Source: Chrysemys picta bellii (taxonomy: Eukaryota). Taken from it: 64,000 nucleotides of DNA. Location: the NCBI RefSeq assembly GCF_011386835.1, contig NC_088809.1, positions 3,534,001-3,598,000 on the forward strand, read 5' to 3'. Position numbers and translations under genes: made by a program. How positions within the stretch are numbered: the stretch's first letter is position 1; each line of letters opens with the position of its first letter. The notes under the pieces were generated by a model. The model was not told the origin of the DNA. It was given only the letters and a program-made list of their open reading frames with translations, and did not search any database. Positions 21,701 to 33,698 of this stretch are shown piece by piece.

Positions 21701-24700
21701 TGAGAGCTTCCCAGCCAAACAATGGCTGGATTTAGACGGTCAGTCATGGAATGTCATCTTTGACAGCTGTCTGCCGATGTGTATGCAAGCTGTCACTGCA
21801 CTGACCAATGAGATGAATATGACCCATAATTTCCATCGCAGGATTGTTATTAATCTAACTGAATAACAAGCCCCTGTATATGAAAATAGGGGTATTCCCC
21901 TCCCACACCTAGAGTACAACTGGGCTGGCAGCCTACCTAATAGCCTACATGATCTAAACCCAGCATCTCCATCAACCAGCAGTACTCAGGGGAAAGGGGA
22001 GTGGACTACTTGGGCCTTGATTTAGAAAGAAACCAACTCTCCAAGCTAGGGGAAGCTGATGGGGGATAGCGTTTTCACCAATTAGGTAAAAAATAAGAAC
22101 ATTTTGTGGTTTCACCCCAAATTATTATGCTGTAAAAATGAAATAACCTGGGCAAGTTGTGTGGAAAATGCTGATTTTCAATTTTCCACTTGTAAGGATG
22201 GGTGTGAAGGTAGGAACAGGAGATATCGGCTGTGGCTCTACTTACAGAAACCTCTGTCGAAACGAGCATTTTCACATCACCGCTCTGGGTAGCTTCAGTT
22301 GTGCATTTCTAGCGTGTTGTTATGAGAGAGAGCACGAGATAGAATTGCAATGGGCGGCTCTGCTTAAAATCGGAAGGAACAATCCAGGTATGGTTCCGAA
22401 AGTCACCGCCTAAATGGATCTTTCTTTAGAGCCTGATCTTGCCATCAGTTCTGCATGGGTATAAGTCTGTCTGCGTGGATCTGTTTGCAGGCTCGGGGTT
22501 TGTTTGCATCCAAGCACAGCAGGATGCATTCATTGGGGGTGGCTGCAGAGATGCTCACAGGATAATAGGGTTAGTGGCAAGAATGCTCTTTCTGTCCTAT
22601 TGGATTATTATGATGGGTGGTGAAGAGGAGACTCATCTCTTTGGCCTTGGAAGAGAATCTTCCTATGGCTGTTCTGTAGGGGAGGCAAAGAGAAAGGTCA
22701 GACTGGTTCTGTTGTTTCCCATATGCAGGACTAATGTGCTAAACACTGATAATGACTCCTACCTGAAACACTGCCACTACAGTGCACAGCACCTTTACTG
22801 CCCCATATTCCACCTGGGCAAACTCGTGAGCTGGGCTGGGAACAACTTTCAGGACATGGCATCTGAGGTATGAACCTTCCTTATTCTCCCATACACCGCA
22901 CCAGTTAAACAAACATTCCTCTCTGGAAAAGCTGATAATCCTTCCAGTGACCAAAACTCTTCCCCTCCCCCCATGAGGACTTCTCATTTCCAGAACTATG
23001 GCAGGTCATTGAGCTTTAAAATCATCTTGTCTCTTGCCTATAATAACCCCATGGAACTGAAGTATTTCCACCTGCCCACTTCTGCGTTACTGCAGGGTAC
23101 CTTGTACATGTCTGGCTGAGCACCCTGGTTTGTTACTGTCGGGCTGCGCATGAGTTGCTCACAGGATGTTTTTTTTTAAAACACTGTTGAAATGTCAGTT
23201 TTGGATCTATGTAAAGAACTCCTGGACCTTGCATGTTAAAATGTCACCATGCCTGTCCCAGCCAGCTTTAACAGTGTCCCTTGAAGGACAAGGTGGGTGA
23301 GGTGATATCTTTTATTGGACCAACTCCGGTTGGTGAAAGGGACAAGCTTTTGAGTTACACAGAGCTCTTGTTCAGGTCCCTTGAAGGACTACATTTAACT
23401 ATACTCCCTAAAGGGAATGTAGCTTTCCTGAATACCCCATTGACTGGTGCTTCCAAGTCCAAAGAAATACAGAATATTTTACTGTTGGTGCTTAGGGTGA
23501 AATTCACCCCTGTACAGAGGAGCCAGCACAAGACCTAAGCCCCTCTCAAATCCCCACACAATTAGGGTTAAGTGCTACACAGACCTCATGCTGGCCTTCT
23601 GCACAGGGCAGAATTTTACCCTTAGTGAACAAATATCCATTTTGCTAAAGTGAACACGTCAGCTAATAGGAACTTAATGAACACCCTGGGCATGAAAATC
23701 CTCATTACAACAGAGAGTACAGATGGGGGGGGGTCCTTCTAGGTGGGGTTGGAGTTGGTGTCAGGGCACTGTGAGGAAGCTCTCAGTGAAACTGTCTCCA
23801 GATGCCCAGCATGGGAAGAGCCAGGGTGACTGTAGAAAAATATGATTCACCTCAATTGCCTAAGTTTGGCTCATCCTGATCTGAGTATGAGTTCAGGACC
23901 AGGGGAGCCTACTTCACTTTTATCTCCCTCAAGGGACACTCGGCAGAGGAGCAGACATGACTTAAAAATGAACAAACCAAGCCAAGCTACAAACAAGCAC
24001 ACTGAAAACATGTCTCTCTTTCATTAAGGGTGGTGTGATAGGAATTCAGATTGAATGGGACTGTGATCTTGATAAAGCTGCTTCTGAATGCAACCCTCAC
24101 TATTCTTTTAGCCGTCTGGATAACAAGTTTGCAGAAAAATCCATCTCCTCTGGATACAACTTCAGGTAATCAAAGGCAGTGATGGGAGTGGGTACCACTG
24201 TGTAACTCTCAGGCACAGGGGCCCTTGAAAATGCCACTGTAACAGTATCAGCTCATAGGTTAAATCAGATTCTGTTCCTAACTATTCCAGCTGCGCCTAT
24301 GCCGGTTCTCCAGTATACGGCCTTTGAAAATGTTCATCACGGTTTTTACACACACACACTCACACACTCTCTCTCAAGCTAGTACCCTCCACACACCAAA
24401 GTCTTGAGGTATTTGCAGTGATTCCTAATCTAGAATTACAAAGATTGTCTGAGTTTTGCTGAGTCTTTCATATTCTGCATTAAGCACTGCTCCTGCATCA
24501 TCACCCCCACCAGGGTCAGCCAGCCACTGAGAGTGATCCTTGGGTTCCAGTCATGACATCGAACAGGTGTAGGGTTTTTACCTTCCAGTTTCCCACTCTA
24601 ATGATAAGGAAATGTACGCTGAGGCCATCACAGTGATTTCAGTGGGCTTAGAGCTACCCAGCAAGACAGGCTTTCCCATTAGTCTGGCTAAGGCTAGAAA

Positions 24701-27700
24701 TGAAACATGATGTCAAGAACTGGCTGATACAAAACCCATTCACATGCTCCTCTGAGACCTCAAGTTTAGGACAAGGTCATGCTTGTTAATCAAATATACC
24801 CCGAATTTTTAAAGGGAAATATACCTAGGTTTGAACAGAGAGGGCGAATTCAAACTTGTTCTTACATGAGGGAGGCAGGGGACTGGGTTAAAATCAATGT
24901 TCTTGCATTCTTTGCTTTCTAGATTTGCCAAATATTACAGGGATGCTGAAGGAGTTGAGTACAGGACACTGATAAAAGCCTACGGAATACGCTTTGATGT
25001 GATGGTGAATGGCAAGGTGAGGAGCCTATGCCAGGATATTTCTGGTCCTAGAAGAAATAAGGGTGGAGTCAGACTTTTGTTGTTGGGTAGGTACCACCAG
25101 AGTGGGGAAGGGCAACCCTAGGGCGAAACCACCCCCTTGTTTGTGATGGGGAAGGATTCTTGGCAGGCAATGTTTCATTGTCACTAGCAAGTTGACTTGA
25201 TACACAAAGGGAAGAAAAGAGTCTGGAGTGAAGCTGAAGGGATGCCCTGAGCTGCTCAAAGTAAGATCAATAGATTAGTCAATATCAGCCTGCAGGATCC
25301 TCTCTACACCTCTCATGCTCATTGAGGAAACTGGTCCATGTGATGTTCAGCAGTGCGAGGATTATGGAAGCTATTATTTGGTTTCCCTGCCAATACCCAC
25401 TGTAGTATGAGAGTAGAGCTGGAGAAAGAGGATCAGCATTCAGGAGAGACCTAGTCTGGTGTGACGTCACAGGCTCAGGAAGGCAAGCAGGGCCAGGCTG
25501 CTACCAGACAAACACATGCCTCTTAGAATGTAGCACTAGTCTCAAAGCATGCTCAGGAACTCTGCCTGGTGGCTTCTAGCACGTACTGCTAACCAAACAC
25601 ATGCATAGAGCCAAATTTACCCTACGTGTAACTCTATGGCCATCAGTTCAGCTTGTGGTAACTGCTCGGCTAGCACTAAATGTTTTATATTTCTTTCAGG
25701 CAGGTAAATTTAACATCATTCCAACGATAATCAACGTGGGCTCAGGACTCGCGCTTATGGGTGCAGTAAGTAAATGTATCATCCTCTTTAGGGATGAAAG
25801 AAAAGTATCAGAACCTGAACCATGTCCAAATCCTGTGGTTGAGATGTTTCCAGGATAAACAGTTTGCCTGAAAAAATAGTCCCGTTCTTTAGAAAGGCTG
25901 ATTGGTTGGGTTTGTGCCTTTAGAAGGGAGCCATCAGTTAATACACTTTGTGCTGTGGGCACCCCAGCATGGCAGAACACAGTAGGGAGAATAGACACTG
26001 CAGTAATGAGCACAGTATAAATGCTTAGTTTATAAACGGTGCCATAGACTTTGTTTTCCTCCTTTAACCACTGCCCACTGCAAATCAGATCTACTATTGC
26101 ACTCGAGAGATGCAACACATGGCACAAGGAAGCAGCTGTGATATGCGGACATCTCTTAGCTCAGATACTGTGGTGATGACTATGGTGTGAAAGCCTAGAC
26201 AAGGCAAGATTAATCCCATTATCACTGAATTATTATTACTGAGTAAACTTTACAATAAGCCTCCTATGAATTGTGACTCGGTGTCTTTTTTTTTTTTCTC
26301 GTTTGTTCCATTGTCTGAAACCACTTTGGGCAAGATACTCCGCCTGAGGGAAATTGGCATATTGCCGTGTTAATGAATAAAAGCTAAATAGAATCTCACT
26401 ACGTTCCTGGTCCATATGTAGAAAATGAGGATGTTGATGTTTGTGAACCCAGTGTGTTTTCCATGCCAACGTGAACCTTGGGCAAGTCACGTACTTTCTC
26501 CATGCCTCAGTTTCCCCTCTGCACAACTGGGATAGATAATACCATTGTCCTGCCTCACAGGGGTGTTGTGTGGTGCTCAGATGCCCTGGAGCTATCTAAT
26601 TAAGTGATATCTAGTAGCCTAGGGTATTCTGGCCCCATAAAGTGGAAACAATTGCTTTGCTAAAGCTTTTCACATGCAAGGTTGGGATTGAAGACATGAT
26701 TATTTGCTCTGCAGTAGTGCCTAGAGTTGCCAATCAGGACCCCAAGGTGCTAGGTGCAGTGTACACATAAGGCAAAGACAGTACCAACCTCAAAGAACTT
26801 ACAGTCTGAATGTGAGACAGGTGGCTGCAATACGCAAACAAGAGCACAAGGTGACAGTGGGAGGATCATGATTACCATAATAAGCAACAGTCACGGTACA
26901 CTGGCTAAGAGTAGCCATTGTCAAACATTTTGTAGGCTTCACAGCACAGGTGAGTTTTCAGGAGAGATTGGGAGGAAGATAATGTAGCGGCTTTGGGGAT
27001 TTTTACAGAGAGATTATGCATTTGCTTTCAGTTGCTTATTACAGGAATGTGCTGCCTCCAATATTTTGCAGGGGGCTTTCTTCTGTGACGTGGTGCTACT
27101 GTATCTGATGAAAAAGAGCAACTTCTATCGAGGCAAAAAATATGAGGAAGTGAAGTAAGTGGGACTCTTGTTGCATTTATGTGTGTAGCATTATACTGTC
27201 CAATCATTAAATGGACAGAAATATAGAAACAAAGGACATTTTAACTGCAGAAGGAGGGCATTTGATTCCAGGAAATTACATGCATACAGATGAGTATAGC
27301 CAAGCTGCTCCCTCCATAAGTCATTGCTGGAGTCTGAGAAATAGGGAAGCTGCTGTGTCATTGTTCAGGCTGCAAATGGCTCCTGGCTCTCTATCCATAA
27401 TGATGCCAAATGGAATCAATGGCAACTACTAAAAGCCCTGGATGCCTTTTCCTTTCACTTATAAGGATGAAAATCAGAACTCCAGCCCAAGAGCTGCTAT
27501 GTTAAAGGGTGGCTTCAGGGCTGGGATGCAAAAGGGGCCATGTCCTCTCAGTTACGACAGACTTAAACCCTGTAGATCCATTTTCTGGGCCACTGGAGTT
27601 CAGCCAACTGAGAATGGCAGAGTGAGTCACTCTGCTGCACCAGCGTCCATCTGATAAAACCTCGAGTACACAGTTCCTGTAATAGAACATTGTCACAGTG

Positions 27701-28439
27701 TCAGCGCTCCATTGCTTTGAACCCTGAAGTCTGAGCATCACGTTGACATTTATTTTTCATGTAGCATCCAAGGTCCTTTTGATTATATTTGTGTGCAATC
27801 TAGTTGAATTAACAGGGAGTTTACAGATCTATATCAATGGAACAACTGACCCCTCTGTTTCAATCATGAAGTTGCCAGAAAATTGTGGGAAAGATTTTTT
27901 TTCTAAAAGACTTGACATCACAAATTCAGTGTGAGCTTCATGGAATAGATAAGGTTATTTGTGCCTGTGGCTATGTGCAGAGCTCCAATTAGAGCTACAG
28001 CAAGGTGCCCTGAGGCCATTGTGGGCATTATGCAAAAATCTATGACTCAACGTAGCTTTTGTGATGCACAAATGGACCTTAAAAAACAATCCATTGAAAC
28101 AACAAACGTTTGTTAGGAACACTTATAGTTTAGTCAAAACAGACTACTTATGAAAATGGCTCAGTTCTGTCCATTAGCCAAGCCAGGGAGAAATTTACCC
28201 ATCTCCAGAAGCAACGGTTTAAACATTCTGTCTCTTGGAAATGCTGAAGGTCCCACCAAGACTCCTCTTCTGCTTCACTGCAAGGTAAATAAACGTAAGG
28301 TACTGCCCTTCTTGCCTTTTGTTCCCACAGGTCCAGTTCAAGAAAGTCTTTACCAGGTGGAACAGCGAATGGGAACCAGAACTCAGAATCGCTGGCTACA
28401 TTAGAGCAGCTGAGACAACTACAGACAGTTGAGACCTAA
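9578..28439 (+). CDS. P2RX5: P2X purinoceptor 5, spliced CDS, 12 exons, 1242 nt, 413 aa
   Basis: join(9578-9714,12836-12986,16430-16501,18972-19047,20738-20834,21388-21468,22729-22867,24029-24165,24923-25016,25700-25765,27072-27154,28331-28439). All introns GT-AG, phases consistent. Starts [20 protein letters not shown]; has [35 protein letters not shown]; ends QTVET*. Confidence 0.97.
12400..12565 (+). mobile_element. MIR/CORE-SINE-like fragment
   Basis: CTCTGCCACTGAGTTAGTGTGATGCTGGGCAAGTT...TTTCCCCATGTGTAGAATGAGAATAAT core. Similar fragments near 26460-26580, 36500-36620, 36780-36900 (minus) and 49130-49320. Confidence 0.6.
12836..12986 (+). CDS. P2RX5: P2RX5 exon 2
   Basis: CACAG acceptor; [50 protein letters not shown]; GT donor. 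Confidence 0.97.
13235..13350. repeat. Hairpin MITE-like palindromic repeat
   Basis: TTAAGCATGTGCTTAA...AAGCAGGTGAG / CTCACCTGCTT...TTAAGCACATGCTTAA around a CATTGACTTAATTG centre. Relatives near 10350, 16700, 17530, 23490, 55590 and 63890. Confidence 0.65.
14233..14828 (-). mobile_element. Penelope-like retroelement, 5'-truncated, with GIY-YIG endonuclease C-terminus and 3' UTR
   Basis: ORF 14553-14834: [41 protein letters not shown]...[18 protein letters not shown] is the PLE GIY-YIG signature. Confidence 0.92.
14321..14360 (-). ncRNA. Minimal type I hammerhead-like ribozyme in the PLE 3' UTR
   Basis: GCAU-CCGAUGA-A-GUGGGC UGUA GCCCAC-GAAA-GC-UU-AUGC; perfect 6-bp stem II and 4-bp stem I. 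Confidence 0.72.
15929..16185. mobile_element. PIF/Harbinger-type MITE
   Basis: TIRs GCTAGTCTACACTGGCAAT / ATTGCCAGTGTAGACAGGCC. Confidence 0.75.
16430..16501 (+). CDS. P2RX5: P2RX5 exon 3
   Basis: poly-T AG acceptor; [24 protein letters not shown]; donor GTAGGA. Confidence 0.97.
16900..17528 (-). mobile_element. LTR-like fragment (left boundary uncertain)
   Basis: Minus strand begins TGTAACAGGGG; LTR-like composition; no TSD found. Confidence 0.35.
18550..18670 (-). mobile_element. Penelope-like tail with inverted partial duplicate
   Basis: TAGCCGTGTT...GTGGCACCTTATAGACTAACA tail; 12-bp direct repeat TAAATGACTTAG at 18538-18549 and 18671-18682. Confidence 0.85.
18972..19047 (+). CDS. P2RX5: P2RX5 exon 4
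   Basis: TTTGCAG acceptor; [25 protein letters not shown]; donor GTAAGA. Confidence 0.95.
20738..20834 (+). CDS. P2RX5: P2RX5 exon 5
   Basis: [32 protein letters not shown]; donor GTATGT. Confidence 0.97.
21388..21468 (+). CDS. P2RX5: P2RX5 exon 6
   Basis: [26 protein letters not shown]; donor GTAAGT. Confidence 0.97.
22729..22867 (+). CDS. P2RX5: P2RX5 exon 7
   Basis: [46 protein letters not shown]; donor GTATGA. Confidence 0.96.
23290..23378 (-). mobile_element. Second Penelope-like family tail with decayed hammerhead
   Basis: 14-bp direct repeat GTCCCTTGAAGGAC at 23276-23289 and 23376-23389; same family as 62490-62590. Confidence 0.75.
24029..24165 (+). CDS. P2RX5: P2RX5 exon 8
   Basis: [45 protein letters not shown]; donor GTAATC. 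Confidence 0.97.
24923..25016 (+). CDS. P2RX5: P2RX5 exon 9
   Basis: [31 protein letters not shown]; donor GTGAGG. Confidence 0.97.
25700..25765 (+). CDS. P2RX5: P2RX5 exon 10 (start of TM2)
   Basis: [22 protein letters not shown]; donor GTAAGT. Confidence 0.97.
27072..27154 (+). CDS. P2RX5: P2RX5 exon 11
   Basis: [27 protein letters not shown], with the YxxxK trafficking motif; donor GTAAGT. Confidence 0.97.
28331..28439 (+). CDS. P2RX5: P2RX5 last coding exon
   Basis: CCCACAG acceptor, phase matches exon 11; [35 protein letters not shown]. Confidence 0.88.
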
Positions 28440-31400
28440 GGGTCTGTCAATTGGAAAACATGTTCCATAAAGACTACGATGGTAAAACACAGCAACCAAA
28501 CTTTGAGGTGGAGACAGCCATGGTCAGGTCTATTGTATCATTTGGATGCCCAGAGAAGAGGTGTTATAGCTATTCTGTTCAAGAGAGCAGTTTGCTAAAA
28601 ATATCACCCCTTCTGATCTAAGGCACTCTTCCCTATCTTGAGCTGGTGACTCCTGTGCCATTGCTACAGAACTTTTGTATTATAAAGAAAAATGTAGAAG
28701 AAACCAGGCAACATTTTTATATGCACATAAATAGATAACCAGCATTATTCTGTAGCCCTGCATTGCTTCTGCTAATGAAAGGTCAGTGACAAAGACACGT
28801 GGCATTTGACATTGTTAGGAGAGTTGAGGTTGGGAAACCAGAATCGCCTTCTGTTCAGCTGCACTGCAACACCAGTTCCCAAGTCCTGTATGATCTACCT
28901 GTAAGAGTAGATTGAAATCCTTTCGGCTGGTGTTGAGATAAATAACATCCGGCGTTCCATTCAATTTGTCTGTAGTTCAAGTAACATCATACCAAAGGCA
29001 AAGTGACTCTCAAGATGTTTTCACAGGAAGAGCCCTTACTCTATAGACCATGGTATCCTCCTCTTTCCATAGAAGCACTTTACCAACCCCACTCCAAAAC
29101 CAACCAGGCTCAGTGATATTTGCAGTTGGCCTGGCAAAGCTCTCATGAGCAAATTAATACAGAACTTTTGTTAAATCTAGTGTTTAAAAATGCCAGAATA
29201 ACCTACAGTAAAGGGATGAAGTTTGTCCTCTAGTAATTGGTCCAGGTAACTTGACATTTTGGGGTACAAGAAAGCATAGTGTGGCATAGCAGGTAGCTGA
29301 TCAGGGGAATATTTTGAAACAAGTTGGGTGATGCTTCTAAGGAAGTTGACATATGCTTTTATTACCGGCCTGATAACACTTTTGTCTGAATTTTCTTTTG
29401 GACAAACAGCCATTGGAAGCTGAATACAGAAAGAAAGTATCAAATATTCAGTGTGTTAACAGTGTGCATCAAGGCATCTGTCAATAACAGCACATTCAAT
29501 AACCAAGCCTCCCTTCATTTACCAGTTGGTTTCATGCTTTTCTCAGCAATTCCTTTTTATTGTCACTGTGCTTTTTGTTTAGTTCAGGGATGATTATCCT
29601 CTCTACTTACTGATTCCTGACAAAGGAGGAACTTGATGCTTCTGCCAGTAGGAATGGATAGTCAGAGTTACTCGATCAGGCAGCTCTAGTCAGGGACAGC
29701 TACTCTGTCTGTTTTGTTATCCACAGTTTGAAATGTGGGTGTGTGGAGAGGAATAGCACCAATTGGACTTTGTTTCCCACGTCATTCTGTATCTCCCAAC
29801 CTACTACAAGTTACAGGATTTATTTAAAAGTTAGAAATCTAATACTTAACTTTTTTTTGGTTACACGGGCTTTTGAAAGGACAATGAGCCTTTGTTTCTG
29901 ACTCACAAAACTCTATGACCTAAATTCAGATGGTGATATAACTTCCCAAAAGTGGTAGGAAAAAATACTAGGAAGCAAAACCACAAAAGTCAATTCTACT
30001 TGGCTCTGTGCTTCCTTAGGATGAATTTGACTCACTAGCCTTGGATGAAAATGGTAGGTGGTGAAGATTAAGCTGCCTTGCTTTGAAATACGACATTAAT
30101 AGCCCCAGGTCAGGCTTTTCACTCAATTCAAAAACAACAACTGGTGAATGACTTTAAGGTGAAACCTGACAGCATTGGCTTGATGCAAACAGGACCGTGT
30201 AAACTTAACTAAGCCAACATAACTCGATCTTAACCATCTATACTTAAGTAGTTTTTGAAGCTGAAACAAATATAATACAATGCTAGATCACCTCATACTA
30301 TGGTATGATTCACTCAAACAGCTCATCACAAATAAAAACAAGGCTAGGCCTGTTCTGTAGTCTAATACTTTAACTTGCCAAAATAATGTTACCTTGTTAG
30401 AAAGGACCTAACCCACTTTCTGAGTTGAAGGCTTTAGGTCCCCCATCACAAAACTCGATCCCCATCCTATATATATATATATATTTTTTTTTTAAGGTAA
30501 GTCAGTACAGAGATTAGTCATAAACAGTAACTATCGGATTCTCAGGAGTCTTTCTTTTTACAAAATTTGATATTTTTCCTTGGAGTTGATATAGAGCAAT
30601 GGAATTTGTCTATTGTAGGATAATGTCTTTTCTGTATGTTGTATTATTTTAGATAATGGTGATTAACCATATAGACGCTGGTTTCCCCATTTTGTTTTGA
30701 AATGCATACACAACATTTGAACAGTACAAGTATATTAATAAAGCTGCCCATCTAAGTTAACTAAAATGCCCACGTTTAAAAGATGCATGACTCAATATAG
30801 AAAAATAGCTTTGACAGAATTCAGTAACTAGACCATGTTATTTTGCAGGAGACCAAAGGTATATTGACTGTAAATATATAGTATGGCAGACAGTATTTAT
30901 AGTATTGTCAATTTCCCTCTTTCATATAGAACTACTTTGTTTCAATATTAAGTAAAGTTTAAAATAGAGGGCAGACTATTTAAAAAAGGCATTTCAAAGT
31001 ATAAGTGGGAAAAGGTTTTACACAATGTTCTGTGTCACTGGTTAGTAATTTATGCTTCAGAATAGGGTGAATTGCAAAAATGCTACTGCTGATTCAGTTT
31101 TCTCCTTGGATGGAAATACTGCTAAGTGTGCTTTCGAGCCCTGTCACCATACAAGTACAGAGACTATATACCCGCTCACTCAGAAAACTGCTGAAGAGGG
31201 ATTGTAGGGCCTGTCCTATAGCTGAAAGCTGCAGTTTACAGCTCAGTCTGGCCTTGATTTTCTTGCAGAAAATGAAATCTATTACCACAATAATGCATTG
31301 TAAGTTTGGGGAAATACTAAGTGAGTCTATTCCAGATCTCCGGGTGTGGGTTTGTTCATTTTAGCTATAACGGATTCTGATTCATAGGACACTGTGGTTT

Positions 31401-32138
31401 CCTTTGGCATAATGTAGTATTACGTCAGTGGAAAACATTGTGCAAATACCCCTAAAAACCCAAAACAGTGACTCATGACTGTACTACTTATTGCCTTTTA
31501 TATGTGCCATTACAAAAAGTATGCTCTGCAAAAGCAATGCATGGAAGAGATTGAAATGTTTTAGTAACTTTAATTTCCTATTTGTAAAGTGACTGTACCC
31601 AGGATCACAGCACTTACACTAAGGATCCAGACAAATAAGATACTTCTGTCCAGTTTCATGTACATTTAATTACATATTACCATGAAACTAACTTTGTGTC
31701 AGTGTTTCCTTTCAGATTTCATTGCATTAAGCTTATGGCTAAAGATACTGTTTTTACCAATGCTTGTATGCTGATGCAAACAGTGACAGTGGGAACACAA
31801 CATAAAATAAAGCTGCTATTGCTGATCTTACAGAGGCAAAATGTAAAAGGAATAAAGTCAGCCAAGAATGGTGGACAAATGGTGATTTTTAGCGATTCAT
31901 GGGATACTTATAAATGTGTGGGAAGCAATTTAAGTGACTTTTCTATAAGACATTTTACATTCAATTTAATTAGACAAATACTACAGAGTTTTGTACTCAG
32001 ACATAAGTTACTGACCGCCTTAACAATACAAGCAGTGAACAACAATTTAAAAAGCTGGCATAGTTGTTTAGATGAGTTTTTGGCAACAGTCCTCCTATTT
32101 CATTAAAACCCATTGCAGCTAAAGTGGTTATTACTTTT

Positions 32139-32486
<348 letters not shown>

Positions 32487-33367
32487 TCAAGTCTTTCTCC
32501 CAACGAGACTAGATCAAAGGAGAGAACAAACTATTGTACTAAGTCAATTTCATTTTATTTGGGAAGATGGGATGGAACAATTCTTTTCCCTCCTGTCCAT
32601 AACTAACAGCAGGAACTGAAAGTGAAAAATGCACAGCTACTTGGAAATTGACCTCTTTAGTACAAATCACCATCAGTAAATTGATAAATTGAAGAGTACC
32701 TATAATCTGTTGCACATTTTGGTAATGTCAGGCCTGACAGCATGTGAAATGCATCAGTCATCAGAACATTGTTCATGACCTTCGAAAAAAATTGATTTGA
32801 TGAGTAGTGTCTTGGACAAACTGTATTCCCAGTTATCTGTACTAGAAATAAGTGGTGGTCTTTGAATAACTACAAGAAATCAAGGAGCTATTCACATGTC
32901 TACTAGCTGTTATAACTGATGGTATTCAAAGAGCTGCTGAAACGTTCAAGCAAATCAGGTAGTCTACACTTGGATTTTATGTAAATATAAAATTAACTTG
33001 CGTTAATCAGGTAAGTTTACATCTCAACCTCGGAGGCCTTTAGTCATTAACACCACACATATAAACAAAACTGAACCAATCTCACTATTGTATGTCTACA
33101 GCACACAAATTTACTTGTTACAGTAAGAAAAATTTAGGCCAGCTTTAGTAAGAGTCTAAAAAAATGAATTTATCCTTCCAAGTCAGGACAGATTAGGCAT
33201 TTTAGAACTCACTACTCAAAGAATTAAATTTAAGTGTAAGAGAAATAAAAATTATGAAATGCATACACCAGTCAAAACACTAAAAATAACACTCTTTGAA
33301 ATTACAGAGAATATATGTGCATTGCAGGAAGTACCAAGTAGTAACAACATTAATACAAGTATGTGCT

Positions 33368-33499
33368 NNNNNNNNNNNNNNNNNNNNNNNNNNNNNNNNN
33401 NNNNNNNNNNNNNNNNNNNNNNNNNNNNNNNNNNNNNNNNNNNNNNNNNNNNNNNNNNNNNNNNNNNNNNNNNNNNNNNNNNNNNNNNNNNNNNNNNNN
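33368..33499. other. Assembly gap (132 N)
   Basis: Run of N in EMC6 intron 1. Confidence 1.
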
Positions 33500-33517
33500 G
33501 CTGGGGACATTTCTGAG

Positions 33518-33698
33518 ATCATAGAATATCAGGGTTGGAAGGGACCTCAGGAGGTCATCTAGTCCAACCCCCTGCTCAAAGCAGGGCCAAACCCCAGACA
33601 GATTTTTACCCCAGTTCTTTAAACAGCCCCCTCAAGGATTGAACTCACAACCCTGGGTTTAGCAGGCCAATGCTCAAACAACTGAGCTATCCCTCCCC
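33518..33698 (-). mobile_element. Turtle Pol III SINE (tRNA-derived head, CR1-derived tail)
   Basis: GGGGAGGGATAGCTCAGTTGTTTGAGCATTGG (A box), GTTCAATCC (B box), then the CR1 3' end GGACTAGATGACCTCCTGAGGTCCCTTCCAACCCTGATATTCTATGAT. Confidence 0.9.

Noticed and set aside
28440-32138. Possible overlap of the convergent P2RX5 and EMC6 3' UTRs
   Set aside because: Several AATAAA/ATTAAA candidates on both strands; transcript ends cannot be fixed from sequence
33640-33698. tRNA-like sequence with A and B boxes
   Set aside because: It is the head of the turtle SINE, fused to a CR1 tail, not a tRNA gene
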